Positions 8,889 through 17,511 of a DNA stretch of 49,903 bases are shown in pieces. Made by a program: the position numbers and the translations under genes. The DNA is taken from NCBI GenBank assembly GCA_012799975.1, contig JAAZKF010000120.1:1-49903 (forward strand), given 5' to 3'. Source of the DNA: Burkholderiales bacterium (GTDB taxonomy: Bacteria; Vulcanimicrobiota; Xenobia; Xenobiales; Xenobiaceae). How positions within the stretch are numbered: the first letter of the stretch is position 1; each line of letters starts with the position of its first letter. The notes beneath the pieces are model-generated. The model searched no databases and had not been told where the DNA came from. It worked only from the letters and a program-made list of their open reading frames with translations.

Positions 8889-9802
8889 TGACGCTTTTTC
8901 TGGCTCAGGAGACCTTCGAGAGCTATCAGGGAATCGCCGTTCACGAGAGCATCGTCAGCCGTCTGGTCAATCCCTTTGATCCCGCCAGGTTCCTGCAACC
9001 GGGCAGTTTCTTCTACCCCTTCGTGGGCAATACCATCGAGAATTTCCTGCTCTGCCTCCTCTTCGGGTTCCTGCTCTTGTGGCTCTACCGTCGGGTGAAC
9101 GACACCCCGCTCTTCCTGAATATTGCCCTTGGACTCTTCGGCCTGGGCCTGGTGTTGCTGCTCTTCTTCCGCACGGCCTTCCCCTCGACGCTGGGCATGC
9201 TGGCCCTGGCGGCGTGTCTGTACGCCGTGTTGCTCAACTTCACCGTGCTGCTCTGCGTCGCTGCGGTGCAGAAGTTGCCCTACTTCGGAGTGGACGAGAA
9301 GATGCTCTCCGACCCCCAGGACGGCTCGGTCCGGCCCTGGCTCGCCTATGCCCTGGCGGCCTTGCTGGTCCTGGGCCCCTATTGGATGATCGGCGACCTC
9401 AGCCGGGTGCTGCTCTCCATGTCCGGGGATATCAAGTTCCTGGCATGGGTCGTCCTGGCCGGTATGATCACCCTGGTCGGGATGGTGGGCAACAAGATCC
9501 TGCCTTGGCGCGTCCTGACCGATCACCCCATTCTGGGGGGTGACTACATGCGCGAGCTGGCGCCGATCTTCAGCATGCCGGGCCCGGCTACCCGGGGCGA
9601 GATCATGCTGGTCGGCATCGGGGCGTTCGTGGCCTACCTGGTCATCCTCTTCCTCTTCAAGAGCCAGATCACCGGAGCGGACATGCTAGGCCTCTTCCTG
9701 GTCTCCACAGTGGCCCTCAACATCATCCGTGCTGAGCTGGCCCGCTCGGCACGCTCGGAAGTCCCCGAGTCCAAGCCCCTGCGCAAGAGCGCCTGGCATT
9801 GA
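8885..9802 (+). CDS. Hypothetical polytopic membrane protein
   Basis: 305 aa with at least 7 hydrophobic segments. The GTG start overlaps the upstream stop (GTGA at 8885-8888), suggesting coupling to the secreted protein. Confidence 0.55.
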   Translation: MMTLFLAQETFESYQGIAVHESIVSRLVNPFDPARFLQPGSFFYPFVGNTIENFLLCLLFGFLLLWLYRRVNDTPLFLNIALGLFGLGLVLLLFFRTAFPSTLGMLALAACLYAVLLNFTVLLCVAAVQKLPYFGVDEKMLSDPQDGSVRPWLAYALAALLVLGPYWMIGDLSRVLLSMSGDIKFLAWVVLAGMITLVGMVGNKILPWRVLTDHPILGGDYMRELAPIFSMPGPATRGEIMLVGIGAFVAYLVILFLFKSQITGADMLGLFLVSTVALNIIRAELARSARSEVPESKPLRKSAWH

Positions 9803-9822
9803 ATCCCGTTTCCGGAGGTCTG

Positions 9823-10647
9823 ATGGAGTCCACCCCTTCCCTTACCGAGTCCTGCAATCCTGAGAGCAAGGATCTGGATCGCCTTTCGGTTCAGGAAATC
9901 CTGGCTTTGATGAACCGCGAGGAGGCCCACGCTGTGGAGGTGGTTCGGGAGGCACTGCCGTCGGTGGCCTCCCTGGTGGAAGCCGTGGTCGACCGCCTGG
10001 CCGGAGGAGGCCGACTCTTCTACGTCGGAGCGGGAACCAGCGGTAGACTGGGAGCCCTGGACGCGGCGGAGTGCCCCCCGACCTTCGGGACCGATCCCGA
10101 GAGGGTCCAGGCCCTGCTGGCCGGCGGCATAGGGGCCTTCGGCCGGGCCGTCGAGCATGCAGAGGATGACCCGGAGGCTGCTGCAGCAGAGCTGAGGCGT
10201 CGCGGCCTGACTGCTGGAGACTTCGTGCTGGGGATTTCCGCCTCGGGGCGCACACCATACGTCATGGGAGCCCTGCGTCTGGCCGCCGAGGTCGGCGCGG
10301 GCAGCGGTGCGCTCTTCTGCAACCCCGGAGCGCCGCTCTCCCGCCTCTGCGAGCATCCCGTACTCCTGGCGGTCGGCCCCGAGGTCCTCACCGGATCAAC
10401 CCGATTGAAGGCGGGCACGGCCACCAAGATGGTCCTGAACATGGTTTCGACCGCGGCCATGGTCCGCCTGGGGCACTGCCTGGGAAACCTGATGGTGGAC
10501 CTGCGGGCCAACTCGGCCAAGCTGCGTGACAGGCAGGTCCGCATCCTCTGCGAACGGACGGGCCTGTCCGCCGGGCCGGCCGGCGAACTTCTGGAAGACT
10601 GTGACGGGGATCTGCGCCGGGCCCTGACCCTGGCCGGCGGCGCCTGA
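9823..10647 (+). CDS. murQ: N-acetylmuramic acid 6-phosphate etherase
   Basis: GGRLFYVGAGTSGRLGALDAAECPPTFG, ISASGRTPYV and GSTRLKAGTATKMVLNM...GNLMVDL are collinear with E. coli MurQ. The ATG at 9823 lies 4 nt after GGAGG (9814-9818); the track start at 9799 is a TTG. Confidence 0.85.
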   Translation: MESTPSLTESCNPESKDLDRLSVQEILALMNREEAHAVEVVREALPSVASLVEAVVDRLAGGGRLFYVGAGTSGRLGALDAAECPPTFGTDPERVQALLAGGIGAFGRAVEHAEDDPEAAAAELRRRGLTAGDFVLGISASGRTPYVMGALRLAAEVGAGSGALFCNPGAPLSRLCEHPVLLAVGPEVLTGSTRLKAGTATKMVLNMVSTAAMVRLGHCLGNLMVDLRANSAKLRDRQVRILCERTGLSAGPAGELLEDCDGDLRRALTLAGGA

Positions 10648-10650
10648 GTT

Positions 10651-12705
10651 GTGCCTGCCCGGCTTTTGATCCCGCTTCTGGCCCTATTCGCTTTCCTGAG
10701 CCTTTCGACCTGTGTCTACGCCGGACCCGCCGCCCCGGAACCTGGTCCCGCCGGAGCAGATCGGCCCACCATCGGGGTCCTGCACTCCGAACCCACTTTG
10801 ACGGCGGGCGGATGGCGGGCTTCCTGGGATCTGCTCGGAGCCGAGAACACCTTCCGTCGCCTGGGCCTGGAGTGTCGACCGGTCCGCCCTGCCGACTTGG
10901 AGACAGGCGCCTGGACGGGAGACCTGTTGGTACTCTCGGATATCCGCTTGATCGCACCGGCCACGCTCGTGGCGGTGCGACAACACGTGGCCCGGGGAGG
11001 GCGGCTGCTGGCCACGGGGCAGACCTCCTATCGCGACCATGAGAATCGCCCCTGGCAATCTCCCGGTTTTGCCCTGGCCGAGCTCTTCGGCGCAGATTTC
11101 CACCGTTGGTCGGGGCTGGCTTCCGAAGCCGGGCTGGCGCTGGAAGAGGAACTTGGGGGGGGAAAGGTGTTGCTCGGCCGGGGCGAGGCGATGTTGGTCC
11201 GGCCGCGGCCGGACTCTCGGGTCCTGGCGCGTTTCCTCGAGCCCGCGGGCAGCGCGGCCATCCTCGAGACCCGGGCCGGGATCTACACCGGGGTCTCGCT
11301 GCTGGCCCCCGAGAATTCGGATTCCGCAGAGGTGACCCGTCTGGTCGGGGCTCTCCTGGAGAGGATCCTTCCGGAGTGGAGGGCTCCCCGAATCCTCCCG
11401 GCTCATACCCGGGTCCAACCGCGGATCCCTTTCGAAAGGGTTCCCGAAACTCCCCAGAAGACCCTGGTCTCCGTCGGTTTGCCCCCCCTTCGCGGAGAGG
11501 CCCTGGTAGCCGCGGAGGGAGGGGTGACCTGGGAGGGGGGAAAAGCCCGGGAGGTTCGGGTGCAGGCGCTGGCGACCGTGGGCAAGCCTCCGGCGGTGGC
11601 GCTTTATGACCCTCAGGGCAGCTTGTTGACCCGCTCGGAGCGCCCGATCCGTCTGCAGGGAAATCCCTGGTTGGAGCTGGTGCGCTTGAACCCCAATGGA
11701 ACCTATCGTTGGTCGGCCTGGCGTGGCGACCTGCACCTGCGGCCTGATGGTGGGTCCATCCAACTGGTAAACCACCTGCCATTGGAGGAATACCTGCGGG
11801 GAGTAGTCCCCAACGAGATGCCGGCCTGGTTCCCTCCCCAGGCGCTGCGCGCCATGGCAGTTGTGGCCAGGTCCTTCACCCTGGCCCACCTGGGAAGACA
11901 TCGGGTCCATGGTTTCGACCTGTGCTCTTCGGTCCATTGCCACGTCTATCAGGGCTTGACCAGCGAGAACCCTCGGGTGGGAGAGGCGATCGAGCAGACC
12001 CGGGATTTGATCCTCACCGACCAGGGTCAGCCCCTGGCGGCCACCTATCACGCGGTGTGCGGAGGGGTGGGCGAGGCTCCGGAAGCGGTCTGGCCTGGAA
12101 GGAAACCGGCCCGCTGCCTGCCGGGTGGACCGGATACCCGGCAGGCTTTGAAGGAAACCGACTCCCTCTCGGACGAGGTCACCCTGCGCCGCTTCCTGGA
12201 TTCACCTCCAGCGGCCTGGTGTCAAGGCGCCAGCCGCTTCCGTTGGGAGGAGACCTGGACCCTTGAGGAGCTGGGTCCGAAGGTGTCGGAGGCCCTGCCC
12301 CGTCTGCTGGGACCCCAGGCGCCGGACCTCGGGCCCCTGCGAACCCTTCGGGTACTGGCCCGCACCGCCCACGGTCGGGTGGCCACACTCCTTCTGGAGG
12401 GTGAACGCGCCAGCGTCCGGGTGCACGGGGACTCGGTTCGCTGGCTTTTGAGCGGCGGGAAGATCGGCGCCGGCGGCTTGCAGAGTTCGCTGTTCTATCT
12501 GGATCAGTCGGAGGGTCGGGTGCGCTTCCGGGGGGGGGGCTGGGGGCACGGAGTCGGGCTCTGTCAGGAAGGAGCCGCGGGTCGGGCCCGTGCCGGGCAG
12601 GGATATCGAGAAATCCTGCAGCATTATTATCCAGGGGCTTGTCTCTCGACGCTCGATGAAGGGCGCGAAGCGAAGATGGGAGAAGTGGAAGACTCCAGAC
12701 CATGA
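10651..12705 (+). CDS. SpoIID/LytB-domain protein with a long N-terminal extension
   Basis: N-terminal signal peptide. The C-terminal half carries the SpoIID pattern LEEYLRGVVPNEMP...ALRAMAVVARSF...HGFDLCSSVHCHVYQG...YHAVCGG...GHGVGLCQEGA. Confidence 0.8.
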   Translation: MPARLLIPLLALFAFLSLSTCVYAGPAAPEPGPAGADRPTIGVLHSEPTLTAGGWRASWDLLGAENTFRRLGLECRPVRPADLETGAWTGDLLVLSDIRLIAPATLVAVRQHVARGGRLLATGQTSYRDHENRPWQSPGFALAELFGADFHRWSGLASEAGLALEEELGGGKVLLGRGEAMLVRPRPDSRVLARFLEPAGSAAILETRAGIYTGVSLLAPENSDSAEVTRLVGALLERILPEWRAPRILPAHTRVQPRIPFERVPETPQKTLVSVGLPPLRGEALVAAEGGVTWEGGKAREVRVQALATVGKPPAVALYDPQGSLLTRSERPIRLQGNPWLELVRLNPNGTYRWSAWRGDLHLRPDGGSIQLVNHLPLEEYLRGVVPNEMPAWFPPQALRAMAVVARSFTLAHLGRHRVHGFDLCSSVHCHVYQGLTSENPRVGEAIEQTRDLILTDQGQPLAATYHAVCGGVGEAPEAVWPGRKPARCLPGGPDTRQALKETDSLSDEVTLRRFLDSPPAAWCQGASRFRWEETWTLEELGPKVSEALPRLLGPQAPDLGPLRTLRVLARTAHGRVATLLLEGERASVRVHGDSVRWLLSGGKIGAGGLQSSLFYLDQSEGRVRFRGGGWGHGVGLCQEGAAGRARAGQGYREILQHYYPGACLSTLDEGREAKMGEVEDSRP

Positions 12706-13535
12706 AAAGTCTGCGCTGGATTGCCTGGCTCTGCCTGATGGCGGTGGGTATAGCCTGTTCTTCCCGGCCGCCGCCGGCTGACGGACGTCTGTACTACACG
12801 ATCCAGGAGAAGAGTCACTTCCGGATCGAGTGGACCGATTCCGCGGGAACCCAGGTCCATCCCCTCCTGGGTGGACAGGATGAAGCCCGCTCACCAGCTG
12901 CGGCTCCGGACGGACGCAGCCTGGCCTATCTACGGGGCTCCCCTCCGCGGGTCCACGTCCTGGACCTGGTCACGAAAAGCGATCAGCAGGTCTCCCAGAC
13001 CCGGGACACGGTTTCCCGTCCGGCCTGGGACCGGACGGGCCGGAGGCTGGCCTACCTCTGCTTCCCCAGACGGGGCAAGGTCCGCCTTGTTCTGCAGTGG
13101 ACTGGCGGAGAGGCCGAAGTCCTGTACCAGGCCTTGAACCTCGGGCTTCCGACCTGGTCGCCGGTGGGCTCCCGGATCCTTGTCAGCGAGACCGACTACG
13201 CGGGCAGGACCAGCCTTCTCAGCATGAGGGTCGAAGGAGGCGAACCCGAGGTCGTCCTGGAGGGAGCTACTCAGCCCGCCATGGGGATGACCGGGACGCA
13301 GATCGCCCTGATCCGGGAAGACAAGCTGCAGCTCGGTGACCTTTTCAACCGGCAGTGCCGCGTCCTGGTCGATCAACCGGGGATCAGCTCACCTTCCTGG
13401 AGTCCGACCGGCAGTCAACTGGCCTTCGTCCGGGAGGGGCAGATCTGGGTGGTCAACTCAGATGGCAGTGGGATTCGCCAGGTCACCAACTCGGAGAATC
13501 CGATTCTGGATGTCTCCTGGGGAAAGGGTTCCTAG
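12702..13535 (+). CDS. TolB-like beta-propeller (PD40 repeat) lipoprotein
   Basis: Lipobox-like LMAVGIAC after the signal peptide. Repeated P(A/S)WSP(D/T)G..LA(Y/F) PD40-type motifs (PAAAPDGRSLAY, PAWDRTGRRLAY, PTWSPVGSRI, PSWSPTGSQLAF). ATGA overlap with the SpoIID gene. Confidence 0.65.
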   Translation: MKSLRWIAWLCLMAVGIACSSRPPPADGRLYYTIQEKSHFRIEWTDSAGTQVHPLLGGQDEARSPAAAPDGRSLAYLRGSPPRVHVLDLVTKSDQQVSQTRDTVSRPAWDRTGRRLAYLCFPRRGKVRLVLQWTGGEAEVLYQALNLGLPTWSPVGSRILVSETDYAGRTSLLSMRVEGGEPEVVLEGATQPAMGMTGTQIALIREDKLQLGDLFNRQCRVLVDQPGISSPSWSPTGSQLAFVREGQIWVVNSDGSGIRQVTNSENPILDVSWGKGS

Positions 13536-14227
13536 GAACCGAGTTCCAGGAGTTGGGGGGTGAAGTCCACAAAGTCGCAGGACAAGATCTGGTAGCGCAC
13601 TCCCCGGTGCAGGCCCCGGAAGGGATTGGCGCGGTGGGTGCGGTGGATATGCCCGTAGACACACAAGTCTACTCCCGCTTCCTCCATGCATGCGGTGAAC
13701 TCCGTCGTTTTGAGGTGGGGCAGCAGGGGAGGATAGTGGATCATGACCACACGGGTCTGTACCTGCGCCGGGAGAGCCTTCAAGGCCAAGCCCAGCCGGT
13801 CGATCTCCCGGCGGTAGATCTTTTCGTCCTGGGCCTGGTTGAACCCCTCTGAGCCGGGGAGGAGCCAGCCCCGGGTGGCGCAGATCCCGACGCTTCCGAA
13901 AGTCACGGCGTCGTTCTGGAGGAAGATCAGGCCCGGGAAGGCTTTGCGGATTTTGCCGATCCCCTGCCACCAGTAGTCGTGGTTTCCCCGGCTGAGCACC
14001 TTGTGTCCCGGCAGGGCTTCCAGCCATTCCAGGTCGCGCCGGGCATCCTCCAATCGCATCCCCCACGAGTGGTCCCCGGGAAGCAGGACCACGTCCTCAG
14101 GGGTCACCCGCTCTCGCCAATTGGCTTCGACCTTCTCCCAATGGCGGAACCATTGAGGGCCGAAAATCTCCATGGGTTTCTCGCCCGAAAACGAGAGGTG
14201 TAGATCGCTCAAACCGAAGAATCGCAA
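13532..14227 (-). CDS. Calcineurin-like metallophosphoesterase
   Basis: GLSDLHL (DxH), LLPGDHSW (GD) and SRGNHDYWW (GNHD/E), with later GHIH histidines. Confidence 0.8.
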   Translation of the reverse strand: MRFFGLSDLHLSFSGEKPMEIFGPQWFRHWEKVEANWRERVTPEDVVLLPGDHSWGMRLEDARRDLEWLEALPGHKVLSRGNHDYWWQGIGKIRKAFPGLIFLQNDAVTFGSVGICATRGWLLPGSEGFNQAQDEKIYRREIDRLGLALKALPAQVQTRVVMIHYPPLLPHLKTTEFTACMEEAGVDLCVYGHIHRTHRANPFRGLHRGVRYQILSCDFVDFTPQLLELGS

Positions 14228-14306
14228 GGTCGCCTGATTATAGCCAGGAGGTGCCGAGCCTGCAACTGCGCAGGGCTCGCCCGGATCCAGGCCGAAGGGG
14301 CCGCAG

Positions 14307-15143
14307 ATGAGTTCTTCGTCACCTCCCTATCAGATCGCGATCGACATACTGCCGGTCGGAGGCCGACCTTGTCGCCGATTCCAGGAGCGGATCGCGGAAT
14401 ACGCCATGGATGGCCGTCCTCGCTTCGAGTGGGAGGCGATGCGGCATCGGATGATACTCCATGGGGATCCCATGATCGTCCAGGTCTGCTCGATATGTCC
14501 CCTGAACCTGTTGCAAGGCCCCGAAGGCTGTCAGGGAACCCTGGAGAATTTCGAGGTATTCCTGCGTGCGGTGGCCCGACTGGCACCCGAGTCGCCCTGG
14601 TCCGAGCTCCCCCTTCTCCAAGAACCTCTCTCGGCTGAACAGACGCGAAACCTCTACCGGGAGCTGGCGAACCTGGAGACCGTCTTCGCTTCGTCTCCCT
14701 GGAAGGTGGCTCAGCTCTTTCGGCAGGGGACGCCGAGCCTGGATGAGTTTCCCGACGGCTCTACCCGTCCGCGCTTCCACGCCTGGAACGGCGAATCCCC
14801 GCCCCACCTCATCGCCAGCAACGAGGGCTATCAGCTCTTCCTGTGCCCTCACGGGCTGATCGTCAAGGCCCACTACGAAGACCCGGTCCCTCACGCCTTC
14901 CAGAAACTGTGGCGGGATGCCGGTGGCGTCTTCGGTCAGACCAGCCAGGGGGAGACGATCGGCTTCCAGATGACCATGGCCCGTTATCCCGAGTGGGACT
15001 CCGAGGAACCCCGGGCCGAAGGAGAGCTGGTGCTGACCGAGATGCCGGCTGCCGAAGTCTTCCGGGATACCCTGGACATGCTGGCTGTCTTCACGGGTGT
15101 CGCCGGAGAGGCCGAGACGGGCTTCCTTCTACATCCCTTGTGA
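14307..15143 (+). CDS. Hypothetical protein
   Basis: 278-aa ORF with ordinary composition. The antisense alternative (14319-14894) is Arg/Gly/Leu-skewed. No family recognised. Confidence 0.45.
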   Translation: MSSSSPPYQIAIDILPVGGRPCRRFQERIAEYAMDGRPRFEWEAMRHRMILHGDPMIVQVCSICPLNLLQGPEGCQGTLENFEVFLRAVARLAPESPWSELPLLQEPLSAEQTRNLYRELANLETVFASSPWKVAQLFRQGTPSLDEFPDGSTRPRFHAWNGESPPHLIASNEGYQLFLCPHGLIVKAHYEDPVPHAFQKLWRDAGGVFGQTSQGETIGFQMTMARYPEWDSEEPRAEGELVLTEMPAAEVFRDTLDMLAVFTGVAGEAETGFLLHPL

Positions 15144-15159
15144 ATGGAGGACTCGGGAG

Positions 15160-15660
15160 GTGAAGCTCCTGGCAGGTCGCGAACATCTATGGGCTCCCTG
15201 GAGGATGCAGATGATACGGGCTCCGAAGGAACCGGGCTGTTTCCTGTGTACCAAGGCCGCTGAGGATAAGGATGCCGAGAACCTGATCCTGGAACGGGGC
15301 CAGACCTGCATGTGCCTGATGAACCTGTACCCCTACTCCAACGGGCACCTGATGGTGACACCCTATCGCCATGTCGGGGACTTCACGGCCCTTTCGGATC
15401 AAGAGGTAACCGAGATGATGCTCATGGCCCGAAGCTGGGTTCGCGACCTCCAGAAGGTCGGAGAGCCCCAAGGCTTCAACCTGGGTTTGAACCTGGGGAG
15501 GGCGGCCGGGGCCGGGGTGGCCGACCACGTGCATCTGCATATTGTTCCCCGCTGGGGGGGAGACACCAATTTCATGACCGTCTTGGCCGAGGCCAGGGTA
15601 ATCAACCAGGCCCTGGAGGAGACCCGGCTCGAGCTGTTGCGTGCTCGCACCACGCCCTGA
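15160..15660 (+). CDS. HIT-family nucleotide hydrolase/transferase
   Basis: Histidine triad HVHLHIVPRW, and NLYPYSNGHLMV upstream. The GTG at 15160 lies 9 nt after GGAGG (15146-15150). The track start at 15097 overlaps the previous gene. Confidence 0.8.
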   Translation: MKLLAGREHLWAPWRMQMIRAPKEPGCFLCTKAAEDKDAENLILERGQTCMCLMNLYPYSNGHLMVTPYRHVGDFTALSDQEVTEMMLMARSWVRDLQKVGEPQGFNLGLNLGRAAGAGVADHVHLHIVPRWGGDTNFMTVLAEARVINQALEETRLELLRARTTP

Positions 15661-15693
15661 AAAACCTTCGCTCCGTTTGAAGAGGAGGTCTTC

Positions 15694-17274
15694 TTGTCTG
15701 ATCCATCCCCTTCGGAGCCCATTTGCGAGACGCCCCGCTTCGGGGACGTCCAGTCCGAGTTGGAGATCCTGATCCGGGCCCGCTACCCGGTGTTGTTCCT
15801 GGTTTCCTGGGAGGAGGAGCGCGTCGAGGACTGCCTTGCGGAGGTGGCCCGCAGGCGCGGCAAGAGGTTGGTCTGCTGGTCGGTCGTCCGGGGACTTCAC
15901 GTCCCGGGCGAGTCGCCCACAGCCGGCAATAGGACCTTCAACGCCTCGACCACCGACCCCCTGGTGGCGCTGGACGAGGTGCTCCGCCAGGGCGATCCCA
16001 TCATCTTCCTATTCAAGGATCTCCACCCGATGCTGCAGGACCACGCCTTGGTTCGCAAGATCAAGGAGTTGGCCCGCCATCTCAAGTCCAGCCCCAAGAC
16101 ACTGGTCCTGGTCTCGCATATGGCCTGCATCCCACCTGAACTCGAGAAGGATGTCACGGTGGTCGACTTCTGCCTGCCCGGGATGGACGAATTGGGGCAT
16201 CTGTTGGACTCCATCGTTGCGCAGGTGGCCCAACAGGGGCGATTGGAAGACGAGCCGGAACCTGCGGTCCGCCAGAAGCTTCTGCGAGCAGCGCTGGGCT
16301 TGACTCTGAAGGAGGCCGAGAACGCCTTCGCCCGGACCTTGATCCAGCGCGGTCGCCTCTCAGAAGCCGAGGTCGGGTTGATCCTGGACGAGAAGAAGCG
16401 GGTCATCCGCAAGAGCGGGATCCTGGAATACCATGACGCCCAACGCACCCTCTCCGATGTAGGGGGGCTTGAACACCTCAAGGAGTGGGTTCGCAAGCGT
16501 TCGGTGGCCTTCTCGGAAGAGGCTCGCACCTTCGGGCTTCCACCTCCCAAGGGGGTTCTGCTCCTGGGAGTTCAGGGGTGTGGGAAGAGTCTGTGTGCTC
16601 GGGCCATCAGTCAGGTCTGGAACCTGCCGCTGCTCAGGCTGGACATGGGGCGTATCTTCTCGAGCCTGGTGGGCTCGTCCGAGGAGAATATGCGTCGGGC
16701 CATTGCCACTGCCGAGTCGGTAGCACCGGCAATCCTGTGGATCGATGAGATCGATAAGGCCTTCGCAGGGACCCGTGGGGCCGACAGCGACGCCGGGACC
16801 TCTTCCCGGGTCTTTGGAACCTTTCTGACCTGGCTCCAGGAGAAGACCGCACCGGTCTTCGTGATCGCCACTGCCAACAATATCTCCACCCTGCCACCCG
16901 AGCTGCTGCGCAAAGGCCGCCTGGACGAGATCTTCTTCGTGGATCTGCCCACGCCCGAAGAACGTCAGGCGATCTTCGAGATCCATCTGCGGGCGCGGAA
17001 TCGCGACCCGCAGACTCGGGATCTTCCCCGTCTGGTAGCGCTCAGCGAGGGTTTCAGCGGTTCGGAGATCGAACAGGCGGTGATCTCGGGGCTGTATGAG
17101 GCTTTTGACCAGGGGCGGGATCTGTCGACCGGGGATATCGAGAAGGTCCTGGGCCAGACCGTCCCCCTGTCGCGGACCATGAAGGAGGATATAGATCACT
17201 TGCGTCGCTGGGCGACCTATCGGGCTCGGAGGGCTTCCGGCGAGGCCTTCCCCAAGCCCGAAACCACCCCCTGA
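15694..17274 (+). CDS. AAA+ ATPase, Ycf46-like
   Basis: 526 aa with a single C-terminal AAA module. Walker A is GVQGCGKS (about 16570-16590), Walker B is [10 protein letters not shown], and a second region of homology follows. The segment [36 protein letters not shown] resembles the cyanobacterial/plastid Ycf46 family as I recall it. Confidence 0.75.
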   Translation: MSDPSPSEPICETPRFGDVQSELEILIRARYPVLFLVSWEEERVEDCLAEVARRRGKRLVCWSVVRGLHVPGESPTAGNRTFNASTTDPLVALDEVLRQGDPIIFLFKDLHPMLQDHALVRKIKELARHLKSSPKTLVLVSHMACIPPELEKDVTVVDFCLPGMDELGHLLDSIVAQVAQQGRLEDEPEPAVRQKLLRAALGLTLKEAENAFARTLIQRGRLSEAEVGLILDEKKRVIRKSGILEYHDAQRTLSDVGGLEHLKEWVRKRSVAFSEEARTFGLPPPKGVLLLGVQGCGKSLCARAISQVWNLPLLRLDMGRIFSSLVGSSEENMRRAIATAESVAPAILWIDEIDKAFAGTRGADSDAGTSSRVFGTFLTWLQEKTAPVFVIATANNISTLPPELLRKGRLDEIFFVDLPTPEERQAIFEIHLRARNRDPQTRDLPRLVALSEGFSGSEIEQAVISGLYEAFDQGRDLSTGDIEKVLGQTVPLSRTMKEDIDHLRRWATYRARRASGEAFPKPETTP

Positions 17275-17324
17275 ATCCGCCGCCTGGCGTGGCCTTCGGC
17301 CGTCGAGGCGGGCCCGTCTGCGTC
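17270..17324. repeat. Intergenic element copy 1: block A (CCTGAATCCGCCG), short hairpin, 25-nt block B
   Basis: Block A at 17270-17282 overlaps the stop codon of the AAA gene. A GGCC-ttc-GGCC hairpin follows. CCGTCGAGGCGGGCCCGTCTGCGTC at 17300-17324 is identical to 40533-40557. Confidence 0.7.
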
Positions 17325-17396
17325 GTCTCACGTAGTGCTCCGCTCCCCAGAATGCACGCCTTCCCTGCATCCAGACCCGCCGGCCCCGGTTCTCAA

Positions 17397-17415
17397 GCCA
17401 GACGGCGGATTCAGG
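17397..17415. repeat. Inverted copy of block A (18/19 complementary to 17270-17288)
   Basis: GCCAGACGGCGGATTCAGG is the reverse complement of CCTGAATCCGCCGtCTGGC. Its first 15 nt are identical to block A of copy 2 (40501-40515). Confidence 0.7.
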
Positions 17416-17511
17416 ATCTTGGAGGAACCTTGCCCCTTCTCGGCGCAGGAGCCTTCGCTGCGGACGTCCAACCCGGGCAGGTTGCACCAGGCTCCGGTAT
17501 CTTTCCAGACC

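Noticed and set aside
10388-11782. 464-aa minus-strand ORF, very rich in Pro/Arg/Gly/Ser
   Set aside because: It is antisense to the well-supported SpoIID/LytB gene. The composition is typical of shadow ORFs in high-GC DNA, and there is no recognisable motif or Shine-Dalgarno.
17335-17511. N-terminal extension of the A2M ORF in the track (start at 17335)
   Set aside because: The extension runs through the repeated intergenic element and its inverted repeat, and it encodes no signal peptide. The internal ATG at 17512 immediately precedes a classic hydrophobic signal/anchor.
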